Assembly: GCA_037142675.1 (NCBI GenBank)
Contig: JBAXAF010000002.1
Location: forward strand, 13,300 to 77,299
DNA: 64,000 nucleotides
Direction: 5' to 3'
From: Candidatus Berkelbacteria bacterium
GTDB lineage: Bacteria; Patescibacteriota; UBA1384; XYA2-FULL-43-10; CAINNR01
Below, in pieces: positions 1 through 9,968 of this stretch. The number at the start of each line of letters is the position of its first letter. Positions within the stretch are counted from its first letter, which is position 1. The notes under the pieces are model-generated. The model was given only the letters and a program-made list of their open reading frames with translations, made no database searches and had not been told where the DNA came from. The translations under genes and the position numbers were made by a program.

Positions 1-42
1 GAATGCTGCCCTGATTTTCACTGCATGGCCTCCAAAATAAAA

Positions 43-1557
43 TCAAGTTTGAGCTTCATTTTTTCTAACCTTGATTGTGACACGAAAGACAGTTGGTTTA
101 ATACCTAGCAGCAGCCTGGTTTGCGAGTCAAATGCTGGAATTGAAGAAAATGCGATATTAGTAATTGGCAGCATTATTGGGGTTAAAATCCAGTCAAAAA
201 CAATCCTCCAGCCAGTTTTTTTGTTCCTGCGACGGGGCCAAACTAGCAAAGTTGATATGGTGAGTGTTGTAATCATACCAATATAGGCAACCAAAATGAT
301 ATTGCTGTAAATATGACGAAAATTGTATGCCAGAACAGAGTTGCCAAATTGCGGATTAACAACAAGTGGAATCCAGGAAAAAAGTGCCAGTACCAAAGAC
401 CCAGTGGCCCAACTCCAATGAGACTCAAAAAGTATCAGGCAGTTTGCCAAACGATCAAACCAGAAGATCTTTTTATCTTTGATTGCATGATAAAAAACAA
501 AAGGTATATCAGAGACTCCCCATGACCAACGCTTTTTCTGCAAATATTGTTCCTTAACGGTCAAAAACATCGTCGATCCCAAAATCGCGTCTTGGTAAAT
601 TGGAACAAAAACTGGCACCACCTGGTGATTACCAGCGAAGGCAAAATATGAGCGCCAGAATTGATGGCCATCTTCAACTATTGTATCCTTGGCCCAAAAA
701 TCAGTCAGGATAAGAGCCGCCAGACTTTGAGCATGCGAAGAAAAGTTACGCAGCCTGGAAACTCTGGAAGAAACTATCATTTGCCAAAAAGACGAACTCA
801 TACCAATCAAACGCATTGGCATTGGTACATCCCAGAGATTATTAAAGAACATCGGCAAAGGCTGAAAAGTTTTGTGGATTGGATCCGGAGTGGTTAAATA
901 TTTATATGTTAGGCAGGACAAGTATTTTTTATCCAAAATGTGGTCCGCATCCATATTAGTAACAATGATATTTTCGTACGGCACTTTTAGCTTGTCAATA
1001 ATTGGTAGCGCTGACTTCATGGAATAAGTGATATTTGGCCCTTTGCCCTTAATTTCATTAGGCAGATTGTCGGGATGCTCAGTGACAATAAAATCCAAAA
1101 ACTTCCCAGCATTTTCTTTCTTCAGAATTTCTGCGTATCCACGAACATTATCTTTGTCTCGTTCCTCTGTGGCCAAAATAAAGATAATCCGATTGTTTGG
1201 ATAGTCAGTCTTTTCAACTGATTTAACTGTAGTCCGAAGAATATCTAGCCCCTCTTTGTAAGTCGGGACCAAGACTATATGATAAATTTTTCTCCAGCTA
1301 TCCTTTGGGGCCAATTTTGTCAGTGCTGTCGCCCAATCGATAGCCATTTCTCTAGAGTGGTAAACATAACCCAAAACCAGCCGCCAAGACATAAACAAGA
1401 CTCGTATAAACCAAAAAATAATATAAAAAATCATGAATACAGCTAGAACTTTAGGCAAAAAGATTGCGAATAAAAATAAAACGACCAGGGTCCCCCAAGA
1501 AAAAGCCCCGGGCAGTATTTCAAATAGTCTAATTAGTTTTTTATCTCGTTTATCCAT
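43..1557 (-). CDS. Membrane glycosyltransferase, GT2 family
   Basis: 504 aa; motifs VPTYKE, DAD, VEDG and QKKRW (QxxRW), with N- and C-terminal TM helices. Confidence 0.9.
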   Translation of the reverse strand: MDKRDKKLIRLFEILPGAFSWGTLVVLFLFAIFLPKVLAVFMIFYIIFWFIRVLFMSWRLVLGYVYHSREMAIDWATALTKLAPKDSWRKIYHIVLVPTYKEGLDILRTTVKSVEKTDYPNNRIIFILATEERDKDNVRGYAEILKKENAGKFLDFIVTEHPDNLPNEIKGKGPNITYSMKSALPIIDKLKVPYENIIVTNMDADHILDKKYLSCLTYKYLTTPDPIHKTFQPLPMFFNNLWDVPMPMRLIGMSSSFWQMIVSSRVSRLRNFSSHAQSLAALILTDFWAKDTIVEDGHQFWRSYFAFAGNHQVVPVFVPIYQDAILGSTMFLTVKEQYLQKKRWSWGVSDIPFVFYHAIKDKKIFWFDRLANCLILFESHWSWATGSLVLALFSWIPLVVNPQFGNSVLAYNFRHIYSNIILVAYIGMITTLTISTLLVWPRRRNKKTGWRIVFDWILTPIMLPITNIAFSSIPAFDSQTRLLLGIKPTVFRVTIKVRKNEAQT

Positions 1558-1852
1558 TTGGGTTTTTAATGTTTAATATTAAAGCCACTAGCGAAAGAAG
1601 ATCAATTGATATTATCAGAAAACAAAACGCTAGTGATAAGAATCGATCTTTTTTATATGAAATAAAGCTCAGTGATGCATTAATAGCAAATATTACCAAA
1701 ACAAAAAAATAAATCGGAATAAACATTGGGGCCATCCAGCTGCCTGAATTGACTACTAAAAACTGACGCAAAAAATAAAAAGCCGCAGCTGTTGAGACCA
1801 GTGACGAACAAAGCAACCAGATATAAGTTTTATCATCTGAAATCGTTGTCAT
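1550..1852 (-). CDS. Small membrane protein (3 TM)
   Basis: Hydrophobic ORF overlapping the GT2 start; start taken at MTTISDD. Confidence 0.65.
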   Translation of the reverse strand: MTTISDDKTYIWLLCSSLVSTAAAFYFLRQFLVVNSGSWMAPMFIPIYFFVLVIFAINASLSFISYKKDRFLSLAFCFLIISIDLLSLVALILNIKNPNG

Positions 1853-2055
1853 GTTTCGTGATGCGGCAAAAAGCCAATCCTCGAGATAATTATAGCAAGA
1901 AACAAAAAACATTACACCCAATTAAAGTTTCCGCTGCCTTGACAACCAGCGAATAGTCAATTACTTTAACTATTGAACTAATAATAATTTACCCAAAGCT
2001 AATACTTGTCAAATGTCCGGCATCAAACAAGCATTTAGCAGGGCTAAGGAGTGAA

Positions 2056-2553
2056 GTGAAAAAGTTTATTTACGGACTGGCAATTGTGATTCTGATTCTT
2101 ATCGTCGGAATATTAATTTACCGATCGTCCAAAGACAAGACCTCTGCAGACAAACCAAATACTGCCGCCGCTACCAACACTGAGGCGCAGCCAGCTTCAC
2201 TCGTTGTAGGTGACTTAGCAATGAAAGATGCCGTCGCCACAATTTATTACGGTAATGGCTGCCCACATTGTACTACCGTAGAGAAATGGCTGCAGGAGAG
2301 CGAATACTTGCCAGATGGTTCAAAAATCGACCAAGCATCAGTTGATTCATGGATATCCAATGCTAAAGTAAAATTTAACATGAAAGAAGTTTGGTACAAT
2401 TCCACAAATTCAGCCGAACTTACTGCCAACGCAACTAAACTTGGTATTACCAGCGATAAAGTTGGCGTTCCCTTTCTTTACGACCCCATAAACAACAAAA
2501 GCTACGTTGGTGAAACCGATATCAAAACATTCTTTGCCTCCCAGACAAAATAA
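2056..2553 (+). CDS. Membrane-anchored thioredoxin/glutaredoxin-fold protein
   Basis: N-terminal TM, CPHC motif, GVPFL cis-Pro motif, AGGAG RBS. Confidence 0.8.
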   Translation: MKKFIYGLAIVILILIVGILIYRSSKDKTSADKPNTAAATNTEAQPASLVVGDLAMKDAVATIYYGNGCPHCTTVEKWLQESEYLPDGSKIDQASVDSWISNAKVKFNMKEVWYNSTNSAELTANATKLGITSDKVGVPFLYDPINNKSYVGETDIKTFFASQTK

Positions 2554-2605
2554 TTCTTAAACTCCTTTACTATTCGTTATTTACTATTAGTTATTAGTTA
2601 ATATC

Positions 2606-3043
2606 ATGTGCCAAATTTGTACTGTTGCGATAATTGGTGGTCTTGGCTTTTCACGATGGCTTCACGTGGATGATACCGTGAGTGGAGTTTGGATTGGAGC
2701 ACTACTAGTAACGATAATTTACTATTCAATCTCGTGGCTGGCCAAATACAAGATAAAATTCTGGGGCCGAGATTTTGTCGTTTCACTGGCTTACTACGCA
2801 CTAGTTTTTATACCTTTGTATACCGGGAAAATAATCGGCCATCCACTAAACCAGATTTGGGGTATTGATAAATTTGTTGTTGGCGCATTTTCTGGCAGCA
2901 TCTTCTTTATAGCAGCAACCATTTTATATTCTTGGCTCAAGAAAAAAAATGGTAACCACGCTCACTTTCCAATGGAGAAGGTTGTGATCCCAATTATATC
3001 GCTTATAATAGTAAGTGCAGGATTCTATTTCTTAACTAAATGA
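2606..3043 (+). CDS. Membrane protein with N-terminal CxxC
   Basis: Starts MCQIC; about 4 TM helices. Confidence 0.75.
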   Translation: MCQICTVAIIGGLGFSRWLHVDDTVSGVWIGALLVTIIYYSISWLAKYKIKFWGRDFVVSLAYYALVFIPLYTGKIIGHPLNQIWGIDKFVVGAFSGSIFFIAATILYSWLKKKNGNHAHFPMEKVVIPIISLIIVSAGFYFLTK

Positions 3044-3579
3044 TTATGGCAAAAATAAACTCAAACGACGTAAATGATTTAATCAACAACTTTGACAAGC
3101 TAAAAAAGGATCATAAGCTTGATCTTTCAGCCGACGAAGATTTGTCGATCGCAATTATGAATTTGGTTTCTATTGAAGAACATTTTTTCTTCACCGCCGA
3201 AAAGACCGAGGATAAAAAATATTACGATTTGTTGGCCGGCGTTCGCGAGATTAGAAAAGATTTGCTGAAAAAATTAGTCAAAGAAACCGAAGGCGAAGTT
3301 TGGTGCATTTCCAAGCATTTACTAGCTTCTTCGATGCGAGTAATGGAGGTCGGCACCAAGGAGCTTGGTCGGGGTCATAAAAAAGAAGCCTACGAACTCT
3401 TTGAAAAAGCTTATGAGCTCTATTCCCTGTTCTGGGGCGTAAACCTAAAAGCTATTCCAACGAAAGGAATTAAAAATATTGGGCCGAAAGCATTGGATAA
3501 GTCTGATAAAACAAAAAATGGCGCTCTGTCCAAATTCAAAGATTTAGTGAAAAAAGTTGTTGATTGCTGCATTGAGTAA
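3040..3579 (+). CDS. Hypothetical helical protein ending in DCCIE
   Basis: 179 aa ORF overlapping the upstream stop (ATGA). Confidence 0.75.
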   Translation: MIMAKINSNDVNDLINNFDKLKKDHKLDLSADEDLSIAIMNLVSIEEHFFFTAEKTEDKKYYDLLAGVREIRKDLLKKLVKETEGEVWCISKHLLASSMRVMEVGTKELGRGHKKEAYELFEKAYELYSLFWGVNLKAIPTKGIKNIGPKALDKSDKTKNGALSKFKDLVKKVVDCCIE

Positions 3580-3772
3580 ACTTTTATCGTAACTCTAAGC
3601 GATCTATCAGTTAATTGTGGTACACTTAAACTAAGTTAACTCTGGCGCATCAGAGATAATCCGATAGAATTGCACAAGTTACAGCGGATTAAAAAAATCA
3701 CCCAATGGGTGTTTTTTTGTTTTAGCCATCGACCTTTCAGCTAAAATTCAGTAGTTTTGGTATAATAAGTTT

Positions 3773-4408
3773 ATGAAGTATTTAATTAGGTTCGATCGGT
3801 TTTTCGCCTGGGTTCTATTTATTACAATGATTCTTTTTTTGGTCTCTGGATACGGGATGACTAAGGGAATTATAACCAATTCGCTAGCGATTGATATCCA
3901 CAACAAAATATTACCACCAATTTTAATTGCAGCATTCACTATTCACGCCTGGTATGCCATCCATATGGCTTTTAAACGTTGGCAAATTTGGAATTGGTTT
4001 ACTCGGATTATATTAGCACTATTCTTCGTTGCTTTCGTTGGCTATTTTGGATACTTGCAGTACTTTTACCAACAACGTTATCCTACCAGTGGTTCATCAA
4101 CTTCTGCAGTTTCAACTTCGTCGTCAACATCAATAGCTCAAACTCCATCAACTTCAGGCTCTTCAGGCAGCACATCCAATACCAATCAATCAAAAACATT
4201 CACCCAAATTGAACTGGCGAAATACAACGGAAAAAACGGCCAACCAAGTTATGTTGCCGTTGATGGAAAAGTCTATGATCTATCCTCTGTTTTTAGAAAC
4301 GGAGCCCACTATGGCTGGAGTGCCGGGGAGGATTTATCAGCCGAATTTCACGCTCAACATTTAGATAGCATTTTAAGCAATTACTCCGTTGTTGGCGTTC
4401 TCAAATGA
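3773..4408 (+). CDS. Membrane protein with C-terminal cytochrome b5-like heme/steroid-binding domain
   Basis: His-containing TM helices, Ser/Thr linker, ELAKYNGKNG..YVAVDGKVYDLS..HYG..AG.DLS motif. Confidence 0.85.
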   Translation: MKYLIRFDRFFAWVLFITMILFLVSGYGMTKGIITNSLAIDIHNKILPPILIAAFTIHAWYAIHMAFKRWQIWNWFTRIILALFFVAFVGYFGYLQYFYQQRYPTSGSSTSAVSTSSSTSIAQTPSTSGSSGSTSNTNQSKTFTQIELAKYNGKNGQPSYVAVDGKVYDLSSVFRNGAHYGWSAGEDLSAEFHAQHLDSILSNYSVVGVLK

Positions 4409-4409
4409 T

Positions 4410-4817
4410 TTAGATCTCAGCTGCTTCTTTATTCGGCGCCTCATTATACTCGAAGTGGTATTTTTCCCCATCTGAAAAAATGAAGAAACGAAAACCATCC
4501 TTGGCGCCAACAAAAAAATCCCGACCATTACCACCTTCAAATCCCCCCGCTTTTCCAACATCATCGATGAGAGCCGAGAAACTCATATCGTCCTGACCAA
4601 TTTGTTTAATAATCGCAGGCGCGATTTCAACGCCGCCATTTCTATAACCATGGATATCTTTAAGCCATTTTAGATTTTCCTCGTGGGCATCCAGCAACTT
4701 CTGAATTTCAGATGAGACTAACTCTGAATTTTCTGCCTTGAAGGCATCCCAACCAACTACTTCTATTTGTTCCGCTTCTGGAACCATTTCTGCTGCTCCT
4801 AACTCTGGATCACTCAT
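4410..4817 (-). CDS. Hypothetical acidic protein
   Basis: 135 aa ORF with AGGAGG RBS, downstream of the tRNA pair. Confidence 0.6.
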   Translation of the reverse strand: MSDPELGAAEMVPEAEQIEVVGWDAFKAENSELVSSEIQKLLDAHEENLKWLKDIHGYRNGGVEIAPAIIKQIGQDDMSFSALIDDVGKAGGFEGGNGRDFFVGAKDGFRFFIFSDGEKYHFEYNEAPNKEAAEI

Positions 4818-4840
4818 TTTTCCTCCTAATTAATTATTAA

Positions 4841-4916
4841 TGGAGCCGATGGGCGGGGTTGAACCGCCGACCTCCACTTTACGAAAGTGTTGCTCTACCA
4901 ACTGAGCTACATCGGC
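4841..4916 (-). tRNA. tRNA-Thr(CGT)
   Basis: Cloverleaf GCCGATG...CATCGGC-TCCA; anticodon loop TTCGTAA. Confidence 0.93.
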
Positions 4917-4917
4917 C

Positions 4918-4991
4918 TGGAGCGGGTGAGCGGAGTCGAACCGCCCTCTTATCCTTGGGAAGGATACATTCTACCGATGAACCACACCCGC
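4918..4991 (-). tRNA. tRNA-Gly(CCC)
   Basis: GCGGGTG...CACCCGC-TCCA; anticodon loop TTCCCAA; TTCGACT T-loop. Confidence 0.95.
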
Positions 4992-5068
4992 AAACTATAT
5001 TCTAGACTAGCAAATTTTGATGGTTTACTCAAGAAAGAAACTAGTCTAGAATATAGAAAAGGAGTGGT

Positions 5069-6193
5069 ATGAAATTTCATGATCTAAAAATTTTTGATAA
5101 TGTTCCAGACGATTGGTCGCAGTTTTTTGATTTTCACGAAGATTTGGATTATCTGAAACGAGAAGCGGCGAAAATTGATTTTGAATTTGAAAATGTTGTC
5201 ATCATCGGCAATGGCGGCTCAATTACCAGTTTCAATGCCTATTCAATTTGCACCAGTAAAAATACTTTTATAGTTAACTCAATGGACCCGGCACTTTTGC
5301 GCAAGGTAAAAAGTCAGTGCCAGATTGATAATACCGTCGTTGTGGCGATTTCCAAATCCGGCAACACTTTGGGCGTCATTGAGGCGCTGATTGATTTTAC
5401 CGGTTACAAAATTGTTGTTGTTACTGAAGGAGAAGAAGGTACATTGCGGCAAATCGCTAATAAAATGAATTGGCAAATTGTTGAGCATCCAAATATTTCT
5501 GGTCGATACTCCGGCGCTACCGCTGCCGGATTGTTTCCGGCGCTAATAGCCGGATGCAAAATTGAAGAAATTGCCAATGGGATATCAGCTGGCTACAAAT
5601 ACAAAAAAGAGGCTTGGAGCCTAGCAAAATACTATTTTGACTTGGAGCACAAAGGTTTTGTTGAAGTTTATGTTTCCGCTTACTCCTGGATTTTGTCTGA
5701 CTTTAGAACTTTAATAGTTCAACTAATGCACGAGTCAGTTTGCAAAAATGGCCGCGGCCAAACATTTTATTTTTCCGAAGCGCCAGAGTGTCAACATCAC
5801 ACCAACCAACGATTTTTTGGCGGCCGAAAAAATGTCATTGGCACTTTCATTACCGTAAAAACTTGGCATGACGACAAAAAAATCTCAGTTCCAACTGAAA
5901 TCGCCGATTTGAATTTGAAAGGTCTGGAGTTAAAAAAGCTGGATGATATTTCCTGCCAGCAAGCGCTTTTAGCTGAATATCATGGCACCAAAACCGAAGC
6001 CGATCGACTAAAAATTCCAAACATTACAATTGAACTGCCAGAAATTACAAATGAGACCGCCGGAGAACTTTTATCTTTCTGGCAACTGGTGGCATTTTAT
6101 TCGGCAATTCTCCGCAACGTGAATCCTTTTGATGAACCAGCCGTCACCAATTCCAAAAACATCACAATCGAAGAAATCAAAAGAATTAATTAA
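5069..6193 (+). CDS. pgi: Glucose-6-phosphate isomerase-like (SIS) protein
   Basis: Motifs IGNGGS, ISKSGNT, GRYS and VNPFDEPAV. Confidence 0.8.
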   Translation: MKFHDLKIFDNVPDDWSQFFDFHEDLDYLKREAAKIDFEFENVVIIGNGGSITSFNAYSICTSKNTFIVNSMDPALLRKVKSQCQIDNTVVVAISKSGNTLGVIEALIDFTGYKIVVVTEGEEGTLRQIANKMNWQIVEHPNISGRYSGATAAGLFPALIAGCKIEEIANGISAGYKYKKEAWSLAKYYFDLEHKGFVEVYVSAYSWILSDFRTLIVQLMHESVCKNGRGQTFYFSEAPECQHHTNQRFFGGRKNVIGTFITVKTWHDDKKISVPTEIADLNLKGLELKKLDDISCQQALLAEYHGTKTEADRLKIPNITIELPEITNETAGELLSFWQLVAFYSAILRNVNPFDEPAVTNSKNITIEEIKRIN

Positions 6194-6217
6194 TAATTAT
6201 TTGTAATAGGAGGAGAA

Positions 6218-6418
6218 ATGAGTTCAGCAGTAAGACATTTTGTTTTAGGTTTAGTTCTCGGCGTTTTAAGTATAATTATGCTCTACATTATGTTTAATTC
6301 CGTTGTACGAGACAACAGCATCAATTATACAAGTGCAATTATCGTAATCATCGCCTACGGTGTCGTCGCAACGATTATTGGCGAGGTTCTAGTAAAGTTT
6401 TCTTCAAAGAAAAAATAA
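6218..6418 (+). CDS. Small 2-TM membrane protein
   Basis: AGGAGG RBS; two hydrophobic segments. Confidence 0.75.
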   Translation: MSSAVRHFVLGLVLGVLSIIMLYIMFNSVVRDNSINYTSAIIVIIAYGVVATIIGEVLVKFSSKKK

Positions 6419-6424
6419 TTTGTT

Positions 6425-6826
6425 CTATAATTTCAATTTTGAAGCAATTGTTTCGGCTTGGCCGGGAGAGTATTCTTTGTGTGGCCAGGGCTGGAGGCCA
6501 TCATTTTCATAGCGCGGGATAACGTGGAAGTGTACATGTAAAACCGATTGTCCGGCGGCGGCATGAGTATTATTAGTGATGTTTACACCATCGGCACCAA
6601 ATTCTTCGATAATGTGTTTGCCGATTTTCTTTGCCAGCTCTAACATTTTGCTCGATAATTCCGCTGGAGTTTCTAAAATATTGGCAAAGTGTTTTTTTGG
6701 AATGACCAAAGTATGGCCTGGACGCACTGGCATAACATCAAGAAATGCTAAAAGTTCATCACTTTCATAAACTTTATTAGCGGGAATCTCCCCTGCGGCA
6801 ATTTTGCAAAAAATACAGTCATTCAT
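6425..6826 (-). CDS. HIT family nucleotide hydrolase
   Basis: Motifs CIFCKI, GHTLVIPK and HVHFHVIPR. Confidence 0.95.
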   Translation of the reverse strand: MNDCIFCKIAAGEIPANKVYESDELLAFLDVMPVRPGHTLVIPKKHFANILETPAELSSKMLELAKKIGKHIIEEFGADGVNITNNTHAAAGQSVLHVHFHVIPRYENDGLQPWPHKEYSPGQAETIASKLKL

Positions 6827-6827
6827 T

Positions 6828-7007
6828 TTAGCCTCCAAAAAAATAAAAAAATGCTAATGTTATATGGGCAATCACAACAATCATGATCGTAATGGCCAAA
6901 GTTTTCGTGTGACAAGAGACTGGAAATTTTATTACGCCTTTCCCAGAAAGTATTTGGATAATCAAAAAAAGTAAAACGACCAGACCGGAGATTAACAATA
7001 AATACAT
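6828..7007 (-). CDS. Small 59-aa membrane protein (not in the ORF track)
   Basis: Manually translated MYLLLISGLVVLLFLIIQILSGKGVIKFPVSCHTKTLAITIMIVVIAHITLAFFYFFGG; AAGGAG RBS; abuts the HIT start. Confidence 0.7.
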   Translation of the reverse strand: MYLLLISGLVVLLFLIIQILSGKGVIKFPVSCHTKTLAITIMIVVIAHITLAFFYFFGG

Positions 7008-7123
7008 CTTCGCTCCTTATTGCATATAACAATTAATTTCTGATATCATTATACTATAATCTAACATAAGTAAGCTTTTATTTGCTGCCAAATGGGCGCG
7101 ACTAAAGGCAAAAGGGAGAAAAA

Positions 7124-7408
7124 ATGGCTGAAGTTGAAGAGAAAAAAGAAGCAGCACCTGCAGCTGCTGCGAATCCAGAACCGGTTACTGCACCAGCTGC
7201 CGGTGGCACGAAAAAACTTAACTGGGTTTTAACACTTGTGTTATCAATCCTTTTGGGGCAACTTGGGGTTGACAGGTTCATGATGGGTCAAATTGGACTT
7301 GGGGTTTTGAAACTTATCACCGCTGGTGGTTGTGGAATTTGGTGGATTGTCGATATTATCATGATCGCCATGAAAAAAGACTTTCCAGGTGTTGAGTGGG
7401 TAGAATAA
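7124..7408 (+). CDS. TM2 domain protein
   Basis: LG.LGVDRF.MGQIGLGVLKLIT.GGCGIWWIVD motif. Confidence 0.9.
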   Translation: MAEVEEKKEAAPAAAANPEPVTAPAAGGTKKLNWVLTLVLSILLGQLGVDRFMMGQIGLGVLKLITAGGCGIWWIVDIIMIAMKKDFPGVEWVE

Positions 7409-7791
7409 GCAAAAAAAATATTCTCTTTGAATTTTTGAGTTTAGGCTCACCAAGAGCTGTCGTGGTTGATTTCAGTGTGGTTTTATTCACACTGGCAATC
7501 ATCCCGACAGCTTTTTTGGGTCAAACTGGCGGAATTTGCGTTTGGTATCGCTTTGTTTTGCCCTGGATATTTCATGGCCACTGCCCGGAAAATGGGATTT
7601 TTGCTCACTGTTTTTGCCCCGGCTGCGGAATAACCCACTCCATGTCGCGACTTATGCATGGGGATTTTTACGGAGCTTACCTATGTAACCATTTAATTTT
7701 GTTAGTTGCTCCAATAGTTTTAATTTTGTTGCTTTGGAACTCATATTTGTGGATAAAAAAAGGCCGGTCGCGTGGTGGTGCTTCCGGCTAG
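7396..7791 (+). CDS. DUF2752-like membrane protein
   Basis: CPGCGITHS..L.HGDF motif; usual neighbour of TM2 genes. Confidence 0.8.
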   Translation: MGRISKKNILFEFLSLGSPRAVVVDFSVVLFTLAIIPTAFLGQTGGICVWYRFVLPWIFHGHCPENGIFAHCFCPGCGITHSMSRLMHGDFYGAYLCNHLILLVAPIVLILLLWNSYLWIKKGRSRGGASG

Positions 7792-8465
7792 GTCCTGACT
7801 GGACGATTGAGGTGCAAGGCGTCAACCTCGGGTGCAACAATCAACGACAACTGCTGGTTTCCGTTATGGAACTCCTCTGGTTGCCATTTTTCACCAATGG
7901 CTTCCAGACAGTTTTCGTGTACCTGCTGACTTAGGGCTCCAGCCACTAGTTCAGCGTCTAACGACTGGCGACAAATAGGGACTTCACACGAAACCAAATG
8001 CTGAATAACATCCAGTATATTGGGTGGGGCGGCTTGCATCACTTGACCCCACCTGCTATCGCTGATGTCATTAAGCAAGTACCGAGCCAATGGGTGGCTT
8101 TGGTGGTACGATTCGTGCGCAGCAAGATAAACTGCCGCCTCAGGCAACTTATCTGGGCAGTAGACCATTGAGCTCTCTGCCGATTCGGTAACTGCGGACG
8201 CAGCCAGAAAATGCAGCGCCCGATAGAACACCAGCGGATTGTTTCGCCGGTAGTTACAATTCCCACTGCTGTAAGTGTAGAGCCGATGTAACTCAGGTTG
8301 CCAGAAATGAGTCGAAACAACGAACCGCGCTGATTCAAACCTGGCCTCAGCCCAACAATCAGTTTCGATAACTCCCTCAGGCGTCCAAAGTCGGCGAACC
8401 AACGGCTCGCTACTCGACCAGATCACCGGCCAAAAGCGGTTTTCCGGGCGGAAATGGAATTCCAT
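7788..8465 (-). CDS. GC-rich orphan hypothetical protein
   Basis: 225 aa; GGAGG RBS; TTGACA-18-CATAAT promoter at about 8513-8542. Confidence 0.6.
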   Translation of the reverse strand: MEFHFRPENRFWPVIWSSSEPLVRRLWTPEGVIETDCWAEARFESARFVVSTHFWQPELHRLYTYSSGNCNYRRNNPLVFYRALHFLAASAVTESAESSMVYCPDKLPEAAVYLAAHESYHQSHPLARYLLNDISDSRWGQVMQAAPPNILDVIQHLVSCEVPICRQSLDAELVAGALSQQVHENCLEAIGEKWQPEEFHNGNQQLSLIVAPEVDALHLNRPVRT

Positions 8466-8584
8466 GGAGGATGCACCTCCTTTCGCATAATGGATCCGCA
8501 GACAGCAAAATCATTATGCTTCAAAAAAACCTTTTTTGTCAAATACAAAAAATTCAGACTAATCTGAATAATACTAAGAAATAA

Positions 8585-9331
8585 TTATTTTAGTTCAATC
8601 GAAATTGGACAATGGTCAGAACCAATAACCTTATCCAAAATATCTGCGGATACCAATTTTATGTTTTTTGATGTAAAGCAATAATCAATTCTCCAACCCA
8701 AATTTCGCGCTCGACAATCGGCCAACCATGGCCACCAAGTGTAGTTCCCACCGTCTTGATGATATTTTCTAAATGAGTCGACAAATCCCAGTTCGATAAT
8801 TTTATCGATTTGTTTTCGCTCCTCTGGCGTGAACATAATGTTGTTCTGATTGTTTTTCGGTCGTGCTAAGTCAAGCTCAGAGTGAGCAATATTAAAATCA
8901 CCAATAATAATTACGTTTTTATTTTTTAGCTCTTCCAGCCTGAGAAATAATTTTTTGTATGCGGATAACTTATAATCCAAATTCTCTTTTTGTCTGCCGC
9001 CATGTGGCAGGTATATATTAATTAAAACAAAATTACCAAAATCGAGTTCTAAATATCTCCCCTCGTGGTCAAACCGTTTCTCCCCTAGTCCTAATTTGAT
9101 ATTTTTTGGCACCTTTTTCGAAAATACTGCTACTCCCGAGTAGCCTTTTTTGTCGGCAAAATTTGTTGTTACAAAATATCCTTTGGGAATTTCGATTTCA
9201 TCAAAATCCTCAGAATTTATTTTTATTTCTTGCAAACAAACAATGTCGGCATTGGTTTTTGAAAACCAATCCCAAAAACCTTTTTTAATAACCGCACGAA
9301 TTCCATTCACATTCCAAGAAACAATCTTCAT
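8585..9331 (-). CDS. xth: Exodeoxyribonuclease III
   Basis: Motifs SWNVNG, LQEIK, GYSGVA, GDFNIAH, GWRIDY and SDHCP. Confidence 0.95.
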   Translation of the reverse strand: MKIVSWNVNGIRAVIKKGFWDWFSKTNADIVCLQEIKINSEDFDEIEIPKGYFVTTNFADKKGYSGVAVFSKKVPKNIKLGLGEKRFDHEGRYLELDFGNFVLINIYLPHGGRQKENLDYKLSAYKKLFLRLEELKNKNVIIIGDFNIAHSELDLARPKNNQNNIMFTPEERKQIDKIIELGFVDSFRKYHQDGGNYTWWPWLADCRARNLGWRIDYCFTSKNIKLVSADILDKVIGSDHCPISIELK

Positions 9332-9348
9332 ATCTTTATTGTACCACA

Positions 9349-9377
9349 TTGACATATATCATTGGTAATGATATAAT
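9349..9377 (+). promoter_or_regulatory. Perfect sigma70 consensus promoter
   Basis: TTGACA-17 bp-TATAAT upstream of the orphan ORF at 9409. Confidence 0.85.
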
Positions 9378-9408
9378 TTTGGCACTACCGTGAGAAAGGG
9401 GTGGCTAT

Positions 9409-9798
9409 ATGCCGCCATTTGACCAAGACGCTGAAGATCAACGGGGGCTCGAGAGACAAGAGCTGGTTGGCAGCATTGCCGCAGCAATCGTGAGTGAACT
9501 GCTCGAAGCTAGATACGACGACGCGATGATGAACCATGCGACGGCCGAAATCGCTACCGCGATGATTGACCGATCCTTCGACTCACTCGGAGTCTACCCA
9601 TTCAGTATGGTTGTGTCGACGATGACACATTATGCCCTTGGGCTGGCTGCCGAAACCATCAACGCACATTGCGAGGCCAAGGAAGTCCGCGACTGGCTCT
9701 GGATTGAACTGACCGCTAAGTTCGTCAACGACGCCAGGTGCCCAATCGATAAGGCCAAGCATATGTGGGACATCGGGCACCCGGCCAAAGCCAAGTGA
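9409..9798 (+). CDS. GC-rich orphan hypothetical protein
   Basis: 129 aa; own promoter; terminator GCCAGCG..CGCTGGC-TTTTTT at about 9825-9855. Confidence 0.65.
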   Translation: MPPFDQDAEDQRGLERQELVGSIAAAIVSELLEARYDDAMMNHATAEIATAMIDRSFDSLGVYPFSMVVSTMTHYALGLAAETINAHCEAKEVRDWLWIELTAKFVNDARCPIDKAKHMWDIGHPAKAK

Positions 9799-9896
9799 TC
9801 AGGCCGAACTAGTATCCGGACCATGCCAGCGCATTCTGTACGCGCTGGCTTTTTTAACAACAAAAAACGAATCCCAAAGGATCCGTTTTTTTCTTG

Positions 9897-9960
9897 TCAT
9901 TCCCGCGAAGGCGGGAATCTACTAAACTATTTTTGGATCCCCGACTAGATCGGGGATGAC
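9897..9960. repeat. GTCAT...ATGAC paired palindromic (REP/RPE-like) element
   Basis: GTCATTCCCGCGAAGGCGGGAATC ... GATCCCCGACTAGATCGGGGATGAC; close relative at 36704-36763. Confidence 0.75.
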
Positions 9961-9968
9961 ATTTCATG

